From Myxococcota bacterium (GTDB lineage Bacteria > Myxococcota > UBA4151), in the NCBI GenBank assembly GCA_040260805.1, contig JBDQPD010000036.1, positions 1-32,911 of the forward strand: DNA of 32,911 nucleotides, read 5' to 3'. A program made the position numbers and the translations under genes. The notes beneath the pieces were generated by a model. It saw only the letters and a program-made list of their open reading frames with translations, made no database searches and was not told the origin of the DNA. Positions 27,167 through 32,911 of the stretch are shown one piece after another. Within the stretch, counting starts at the first letter, position 1, and each line of letters begins with the position of its first letter.

Positions 27167-28314
27167 TCCGCATTACGCTGCTAGGTTCGACGGGGTCCAT
27201 AGGCCAGCAATGTCTGGACTTGGCCGCTCGTTTACCTGAGCGCATCAAGGTGGTCGGCTTGGGTGCGGGTAGTAATATTGAGACGCTCGCCAAACAGGCG
27301 CGAGCGTTCAAGCCTGATTTAGTTTGCTGCGCTCACGCCAGCGACCTTGGGCGGCTCAAAGCCCTAATCGATGATCCCACCATCAAGCTCGAAGCCGGCG
27401 AAGAGGGTCAAAAGGCGCTGGCGACGCATGGCGACGCCGACATCGTGGTCGCAGCCGTAGTTGGCTACGCAGGACTTATCGGCACGCTCGCCGCTGCACG
27501 CGCCGGAAAGCGCATCGCTCTAGCGAATAAAGAAAGCCTCGTTGCCGGCGGACAACTGGTCATCGAAACCCTCAAATCCACTGGCGGAAGCCTCATTCCC
27601 ATCGACTCCGAGCACGCCGCGATTCATCAGTGCTTGAGCGGGGAAACCTCAGCCAACGTTCATCAGATCTGGCTCACCGCGAGCGGCGGTCCGTTTCGTG
27701 GGTTTAGCCGAAAGCAGCTGGACAATATAAGCATCGAACAAGCCCTCAATCATCCGAATTGGACCATGGGACCTAAGATCACCATCGACTCGGCGACCCT
27801 GATGAACAAAGGGCTCGAGCTGATCGAGGCAGCCTGGTTGTTTGACACCCAACCCGACGAGATCGCCATCGCGGTTCATCCACCGAGCATCGTTCACTCG
27901 ATGGTGGAATTTGTCGACGGCACCTTTAAAGCGCAGCTCGGCGCACCGGATATGCGAGCGGCAATCGCCTATGCCTTGTCGCCGCAAGACCGATTGCCGC
28001 TTCGACAGGTCGATGCGGTACAGACCTGGAACCCCTTAGACACACAGCTAGCTTTTGAGCGTTACGACCGAGAGGTCTTTCGGGCGCCTGATTTGTGCCG
28101 GCACGCGCTGAGTCTTGGAGGCGGAACGCCGGCAGCCCTTAATGCGATCAATGAAGTCTTGGTCGCTCAGTTCCTGCAAGGCGAGCGCAGCTTTATGAGC
28201 ATCACCGAAGATCTCGCTCGTGGTCTGGAGGCGATGGCCTCACTGAACCTAGGCGGTGACTCGATCCAAGCCATTGTCGACGCCGATTCAGCCGGACGCT
28301 CATGGGCTTTGTAA
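27163..28314 (+). CDS. dxr: 1-deoxy-D-xylulose 5-phosphate reductoisomerase
   Basis: LGSTGSIG, LANKESLV, PIDSEHAAI, LTASGGPFR, HPNWTMGPKITIDSATLMNKGLE. Confidence 0.97.
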   Translation: MIRITLLGSTGSIGQQCLDLAARLPERIKVVGLGAGSNIETLAKQARAFKPDLVCCAHASDLGRLKALIDDPTIKLEAGEEGQKALATHGDADIVVAAVVGYAGLIGTLAAARAGKRIALANKESLVAGGQLVIETLKSTGGSLIPIDSEHAAIHQCLSGETSANVHQIWLTASGGPFRGFSRKQLDNISIEQALNHPNWTMGPKITIDSATLMNKGLELIEAAWLFDTQPDEIAIAVHPPSIVHSMVEFVDGTFKAQLGAPDMRAAIAYALSPQDRLPLRQVDAVQTWNPLDTQLAFERYDREVFRAPDLCRHALSLGGGTPAALNAINEVLVAQFLQGERSFMSITEDLARGLEAMASLNLGGDSIQAIVDADSAGRSWAL

Positions 28315-29846
28315 ACCTGTCGCTTTGGGTCAGAGCGCTTGCGTTGTTGAGCCTCTTCATGGTCCCGCGTCTGTGCTTGATCGGCGATGCCCGCTGGACC
28401 AGCGAAGAGAGTTGGTTTTTCTCGGAAATCTTTGCCACTGGACAGGGTCAAAGGTGGTCGGCGCTCGGCACGCCCGTCTCGGGTACGCACGGTGCGCACC
28501 CAGGCCCTTACTTTTATTGGCTCTTAGCCCCCTTCTCGTGGACTGCTTCCCCCTGGCTCGTCAGTTTGGGTGTCGCCCTGATGGACAGCATCGGTCACCT
28601 ACTCGCCCTGAGCGGGCTGCGCATCCTTTGGCGAGAGCACAAAGACTGGAGCGTCGCGCTGATCGTCGCTGGGTTGGTGTTAGCCCTTAGCCCATGGGCG
28701 CTTCTGTACGCAGACCGCCCCTGGAATTCGAACCTGGTCAGCTTGCCGGTAGGCATGGCAATTTTTGGGCTCGCCTCGTGGTGGCGCAACGCTTCATCGT
28801 GGAGGAGTTTTGGCGTCTTGACGATCGGGCTTGCGACCCTACCGAGCTTCCATTTGTCGGCGCCGATCATTGGCTTACCGATGCTGGCGGCGGTCCTTTG
28901 GCGCTGGCGCAGACTGACCCAAAAGTCGGTCCTGATCGGTGCCTTGCTCTCGGTGCTGATTTGGACGCCTTATGGGCTCCACGAGTGGCGCCATTCCGGA
29001 GCGAACACCGCCGGCTTACTCAAGCGTAGTTTGCCCTCAGTAAGCAGCCCGCAAAACACGGTGTTAGCATTGAGTTGGCCGCTGCGTCTCGTCTCGCCCG
29101 ACATCGGCTATCATGCGCAAAGAGGCTACTGGTCTGCCTATCAACCGGGCGCGTGGATCGAGCCAACAAAAGCCGCGGGAAGAGCCTGGTCTCAGACCCA
29201 TGGCGGCTTGGCATTGCCCGGCGTGATCATCGGCTGCTTGTTAATGCTGACTTTGTGGATCACCTACGGGGTCCGGATGCGAAAACCCGAGCATCGAACG
29301 CTGCATGAGTGGATTCTGGTCACCGGCACCTTTTTAGGTTTGGCGCTTTTGCTGTTGGCAGGCCGCCGCGCCTACCCACATTATCTGCATCCGATGATCC
29401 CCTTTTACGCAGGCGCAGTGGGCTGGGGCTTTGCCCAGCTGTGGCGAAACACCAAGCTGCGCCTCATCCTAAGTCTAGGGTTCGCCTTGAGTGTGGTCAC
29501 GGGCCTGAGCGTGACGCATCGCTTTCAACACCATCATGACCGCTTATACGGCCTTCAAGCGAACCTCTATAGTATCGGTATTTTACGGCGATTTGGGAGT
29601 GTTAATCCTGTTTTTTGCGGCGCTTTAGGTTATCGAAGCAAAGGTCAACTTGAGCGGCTCGCTCGGGTGCCGCATCCCGAACGCCCCTTATTTGGCTCGA
29701 ATGGGTCGCTCATTCACATCCGCTCGGGCCAAGCCCCTGAATCCCTACTCAGCTCCGCTCAGTGGCACGAGGCTGCGTACGGAATCGACCATATTTTAGT
29801 GCTAGGTCCTTTACCACAGGCTGCGCGCCGGCTAGGATGTCGATAA
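28302..29846 (+). CDS. GT-C fold (ArnT/PMT-like) integral membrane glycosyltransferase
   Basis: Many TM segments; acidic pair EE after first TM, HPGPYFYWLLAP, LSPW..YADRPWNSN, FHLS, YPHYL motifs. Confidence 0.65.
   Translation: MGFVNLSLWVRALALLSLFMVPRLCLIGDARWTSEESWFFSEIFATGQGQRWSALGTPVSGTHGAHPGPYFYWLLAPFSWTASPWLVSLGVALMDSIGHLLALSGLRILWREHKDWSVALIVAGLVLALSPWALLYADRPWNSNLVSLPVGMAIFGLASWWRNASSWRSFGVLTIGLATLPSFHLSAPIIGLPMLAAVLWRWRRLTQKSVLIGALLSVLIWTPYGLHEWRHSGANTAGLLKRSLPSVSSPQNTVLALSWPLRLVSPDIGYHAQRGYWSAYQPGAWIEPTKAAGRAWSQTHGGLALPGVIIGCLLMLTLWITYGVRMRKPEHRTLHEWILVTGTFLGLALLLLAGRRAYPHYLHPMIPFYAGAVGWGFAQLWRNTKLRLILSLGFALSVVTGLSVTHRFQHHHDRLYGLQANLYSIGILRRFGSVNPVFCGALGYRSKGQLERLARVPHPERPLFGSNGSLIHIRSGQAPESLLSSAQWHEAAYGIDHILVLGPLPQAARRLGCR
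29810..29838 (+). promoter_or_regulatory. Putative sigma70 promoter of the TetR-ACAD unit (inside the 3' end of the GT gene)
   Basis: TTTACC (29810-15) - 17 nt - TAGGAT (29833-38), immediately upstream of the palindromic operator. Confidence 0.5.
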
Positions 29847-29848
29847 TC

Positions 29849-29866
29849 TGAATGAGGATTCATTCA
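29849..29866. promoter_or_regulatory. Palindromic TetR operator resembling the Bacillus FadR(YsiA) box
   Basis: TGAATGA-GGAT-TCATTCA perfect 7-4-7 inverted repeat covering the GAGGA RBS, 3 nt before ATG 29870. Confidence 0.75.
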
Positions 29867-29869
29867 CTC

Positions 29870-30547
29870 ATGAGTCGAAACCCTGAAAAACGGCACCTGA
29901 TCATCTCAGCAGCCCAGGAAGTTTTCTCAGACCTAGGGTTTGACCGAGCGCGGATCTCCGACATTGCGCGCAAGGCAGGCGTCGCTGATGGGACGATTTA
30001 TCTGTACTTCAAAAGTAAGGATGAACTTCTGATCAGCCTGTTCGAAGAGCGCGTCTCGCCAGCGATGGAAGCGATCGAAGTCCATGTCGCCAATGGTCCT
30101 CAGGACCCTCGCGGTCGGGTCGCCAGCTTGATCCGGGCGTATCTGCAAGCGATGCAAGCGGACCCCTCGCTCGGCTCGATCATCACCATGCAAGTCCGGC
30201 AGAGCCGCCGCTTCGTTACGGATTACGACAACAGACCCCTGGCTCGCTTCTTTGAAGTGCTTAGAAGCATGATCGAAGATGGCGCACGTCAAGGTATGTT
30301 CCGAGATGATATCTCAATCGAAACCTTGCGCTGGATGATCTTTGGAAGCCTCGACGCTTTCACCTTGGCTTGGGGTCTAGGGCGAAGCAGCGCCACCGAC
30401 TTAGGCGAGCTCGGTGAACAACTCATCGCTCTTTTGTTGCGCGGTTTAAGCACAGGCGAGAACCCCACCCTCATGCCTCAGGCTGCAAAGCCGGCTGCCG
30501 CTCAACTGATCGTAACCAACGAACCTTTTGACCCTGCATTGGATTGA
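29870..30547 (+). CDS. TetR/AcrR family regulator (FadR/YsiA-like fatty-acid degradation repressor)
   Basis: HTH ARISDIARKAGVADGTIYLYFKSKDELLISLFEE; G...G.FR.D C-domain; adjacent to ACAD and etfB; alternative ATG 29852 lies inside the operator. Confidence 0.9.
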   Translation: MSRNPEKRHLIISAAQEVFSDLGFDRARISDIARKAGVADGTIYLYFKSKDELLISLFEERVSPAMEAIEVHVANGPQDPRGRVASLIRAYLQAMQADPSLGSIITMQVRQSRRFVTDYDNRPLARFFEVLRSMIEDGARQGMFRDDISIETLRWMIFGSLDAFTLAWGLGRSSATDLGELGEQLIALLLRGLSTGENPTLMPQAAKPAAAQLIVTNEPFDPALD

Positions 30548-30549
30548 TC

Positions 30550-31689
30550 ATGATCTCCTTTGGAATGACTGAAGAACAACTCGAATATCAGCGCATGGCG
30601 CGTCAGTTTATCGCCCAGACGGTGACCCCACACGCAACGCACTGGGATGAGACCTCGCATTTCCCCAGAGAAGAGATCCGCCAAGCTTGGGAGAACGGTC
30701 TGCTGAATCTTTGCCTGCCCGAATCAGTGGGTGGGGCGGAGATGCCGCTGGTCGACACCCTGATCATCAGTGAAGAGATCGCCTACGGATGCGTCGGCTA
30801 CTCGACGTCATGCATGGCGAACGAGCTGGCGCTGACGCCCTTGGTTATCGGGGCGGATGAGGACCAAAAACAAAAGTTTCTCAAGCCCTTTGTCGATGAG
30901 TTCAAAATGGCAGCGTTTTGCTTGAGCGAGCCGGGCGCGGGATCAGACGCTGCGTCACTCCGGACGACCGCTCGCCGCGACGGCGACGACTGGGTGATCA
31001 GTGGGCAAAAGCAGTGGATCACCAACGCGACCCACGCTGATTTCTACACGGTCTTTGCCACGGTGGATCGCGAGGCGGGGCACCGAGGCATCACCTTGTT
31101 CGCCGTCCCGAGAAATACACCCGGCATCACCGTTGCGCCGCATGAGAACAAGATGGGACAGCGCTGTTCGGATACGGCGCCGATCAGCTTTGATGAAGTT
31201 CGCGTCCCAGCGGACCATTGCATCGGCGGTCCTGGGAATGGCTGGAAGATCGCGATGCGCACCTTGGACTTTAGCCGCCCCTTGGTGGCGATGTCTGCTG
31301 TCGGTGTAGCGCGGCGTGCGCTTGAAGAAGCGGTCGCCTATGCCAAAGAGCGAAAGACCTTTGGCAAACCCATCGGACAGCACCAGGCGATCGGGTTTAT
31401 GCTGGCGGATATGGCCGCTAAAACCCAAGCCGCTCGCTTGCTCGCCTTAGAGGCTGCGTGGCGCACGGACCAAGGCCTGCCCGCTAACAAAGAGGCGAGT
31501 TATGCCAAAGCGATGTGCGCTGATTGGTGCATGGAGATTTGCACCGATGCGGTTCAGGTCTTTGGCGGCTATGGGTACACGAAAGAGTACCCTGTCGAGA
31601 AGTTGATGCGCGACGCCAAACTGATCCAGATCTATGAAGGAACCAGCCAAATTCAACGCGTGGTCATCTCGCGCGAGCTGATGCGCTAA
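30550..31689 (+). CDS. Acyl-CoA dehydrogenase (short/medium-chain type)
   Basis: FCLSEPGAGSD, GQKQWITNA, KMGQRCSDT, R.TFGKPI, QVFGGYGY..EYPVEKLMRDAKLIQIYEGTSQIQR. Confidence 0.96.
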   Translation: MISFGMTEEQLEYQRMARQFIAQTVTPHATHWDETSHFPREEIRQAWENGLLNLCLPESVGGAEMPLVDTLIISEEIAYGCVGYSTSCMANELALTPLVIGADEDQKQKFLKPFVDEFKMAAFCLSEPGAGSDAASLRTTARRDGDDWVISGQKQWITNATHADFYTVFATVDREAGHRGITLFAVPRNTPGITVAPHENKMGQRCSDTAPISFDEVRVPADHCIGGPGNGWKIAMRTLDFSRPLVAMSAVGVARRALEEAVAYAKERKTFGKPIGQHQAIGFMLADMAAKTQAARLLALEAAWRTDQGLPANKEASYAKAMCADWCMEICTDAVQVFGGYGYTKEYPVEKLMRDAKLIQIYEGTSQIQRVVISRELMR

Positions 31690-31752
31690 AGCGAGCCTTG
31701 ACCCTATGCCTTACCGGCACAATAAGAACGCATTCGAACTGAAAGTAGACTC

Positions 31753-32502
31753 ATGAAGATTCTAGTACCGATCGCACGGACCGAGGATTACAACGCCAGG
31801 ATCGTCGTCAATAAAGCTGGTGACGACATCGAGCGCGGCGGTGTTGCCATGGTAATCAACCCCTTTGATGAAATCGCAGTAGAAGAAGCGTTGAGGCTTC
31901 TCGATGGCGGTGACGGTGAGATTGTCGTGTGCTCCATCGGTGGTGATGAAGTCGCAACTGAGCTGCGCCGAGCGCTGGCGATGGGTGCTCACCGAGCCAT
32001 CCAAGTCAACACTGAGGTGACGTTATCGCCTGAGGTCATTACGCCCCTCTTGAGCGCTGTCTGTGAGCGAGAGCAACCCGACCTAGTGTTGATGGGCAAA
32101 CAGAGCATCGATGGAGATTCAGGTCAGGTTCCGCAGCGGCTAGCGCAGCGTCTTGGCTGGCCTCAAGCCACCTACGCCTACGAGGTCAAACTTGAGGGCT
32201 CGACCGTAACCATCGGCTGCGAAGCTGATGGTGGAACCGAGACCGTGGCGTTTGATCTGCCCGGAGTCATCAGCGCCGACCTGCGCCTCAACGAGCCCAG
32301 ACTGCCCAAGCTACCCGACATCATGAAGGCTAAGAAGAAACCCTACGATGTGCTGTCGGACGCCGAACTAGGCGGGGTTGAAGAGGGACCTGTCAAAGTG
32401 GTGTCACTTGCAGCCCCACCAGAGCGCCAAGCGGGACAGATGGTCGCTGACGTCGACGCTCTGATCGCCAAACTTCGAGACGAAGCTAAGGTGCTCTCCT
32501 AA
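31753..32502 (+). CDS. etfB: Electron transfer flavoprotein beta subunit
   Basis: MKILV, INPFDEIAVEEALRL, ALAMGA, GKQSIDGDSGQV, LNEPR.P.LPDIMKAKKKP. Confidence 0.96.
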   Translation: MKILVPIARTEDYNARIVVNKAGDDIERGGVAMVINPFDEIAVEEALRLLDGGDGEIVVCSIGGDEVATELRRALAMGAHRAIQVNTEVTLSPEVITPLLSAVCEREQPDLVLMGKQSIDGDSGQVPQRLAQRLGWPQATYAYEVKLEGSTVTIGCEADGGTETVAFDLPGVISADLRLNEPRLPKLPDIMKAKKKPYDVLSDAELGGVEEGPVKVVSLAAPPERQAGQMVADVDALIAKLRDEAKVLS

Positions 32503-32540
32503 CTAATAGAAAATACACCCGACGGGGTGGGATGGTCGAT

Positions 32541-32911
32541 ATGGATACTGGAATTTTAATCGCTCTTGGTGCTGGTGTTGCCGTCGCGCTGGGTTGGATG
32601 GCAACTCGCAAAAAAGGCGCTAGTGACACGTCGAATAACCAAGCGTCTGCTCCAGAAGCTCCGGCAGCAAAACCTGCTGTTAGGACGAGTGAGAAGCCGA
32701 CCCTGGTGATGTCTCCAAACGAAGCTCAAGCAGCGGCGAATGAATCGATGGCGTCGACTCAACCGACGGTCACACCCGAAGAAAAAACTGAAACACCCAG
32801 CAACGAAGCGGTCGCAGAGCCCGAAGCGGCTGCAGAGCCCGAAGCGGCTGCAGAGCCCGAAGCGGCTGCAGAGCCCGAAGCGGCTGCAGAGCCCGAAGCG
32901 GCTGCAGAGCC
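32541..32911 (+). CDS. N-terminal part of a membrane-anchored protein with Ala/Glu/Pro-rich linker (partial, runs off the window)
   Basis: Not in the ORF track; my translation MDTGILIALGAGVAVALGWMATRKKGASDTSNNQASAPEAPAAKP...EAVAEPEAAAEPEAAA is open to the end; in-frame upstream ATG at 32532. Confidence 0.75.
   Translation, partial: MDTGILIALGAGVAVALGWMATRKKGASDTSNNQASAPEAPAAKPAVRTSEKPTLVMSPNEAQAAANESMASTQPTVTPEEKTETPSNEAVAEPEAAAEPEAAAEPEAAAEPEAAAEPEAAAE
32814..32911 (+). repeat. Perfect 18-bp tandem repeat GCAGAGCCCGAAGCGGCT (AEPEAA)n, five full copies plus a partial, truncated by window end
   Basis: Units start at 32814, 32832, 32850, 32868, 32886 and 32904 (partial); degenerate lead-in GAAGCGGTC at 32805-32813. 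Confidence 0.97.

Noticed and set aside
31698..31725. TTGACC...CACAAT promoter before etfB
   Set aside because: Spacing of 14 nt is too short for a sigma70 promoter
32814..32911. 18-bp repeat considered as CRISPR or iteron array
   Set aside because: No spacers; head-to-tail in-frame coding repeat (AEPEAA)

Overview
A densely coded, moderately GC-rich bacterial chromosomal segment with Myxococcota/Deltaproteobacteria-like hallmarks: Myxococcus-type Cys-rich repeat lipoprotein, DAG/DTG-linker lipoprotein, myxobacterial-style ferritin-like and DsbA proteins (taxonomy is inference). In order: end of an unknown CDS; nadD; a DUF465/YdcH-like protein; a minus-strand run of a permuted LeuD-LeuC-type aconitase fusion, an M16 peptidase, a DsbA-like lipoprotein, an Ig/YtkA-like secreted protein and a cytochrome-c-like protein with CxxCD instead of CxxCH; an orphan yidD; a 13-repeat Cys-rich surface lipoprotein; uvrB; a TamB-like plus Omp85 pair; a ferritin-like di-iron protein next to a lipoprotein with a duplicated 6-Cys module; the rpsB(leader)-tsf-pyrH-frr-uppS-cdsA-dxr cluster followed by a GT-C glycosyltransferase where rseP usually sits; a TetR(FadR-like)-acyl-CoA dehydrogenase-etfB unit with a FadR-box-like operator; and a truncated membrane-anchored protein ending in an 18-bp tandem repeat. 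No rRNA, tRNA, CRISPR array or mobile element was seen. Best candidates for undescribed biology: the di-iron protein/Cys-module lipoprotein pair, the DsbA/Ig-fold/His-less cytochrome operon, and the stand-alone permuted aconitase.
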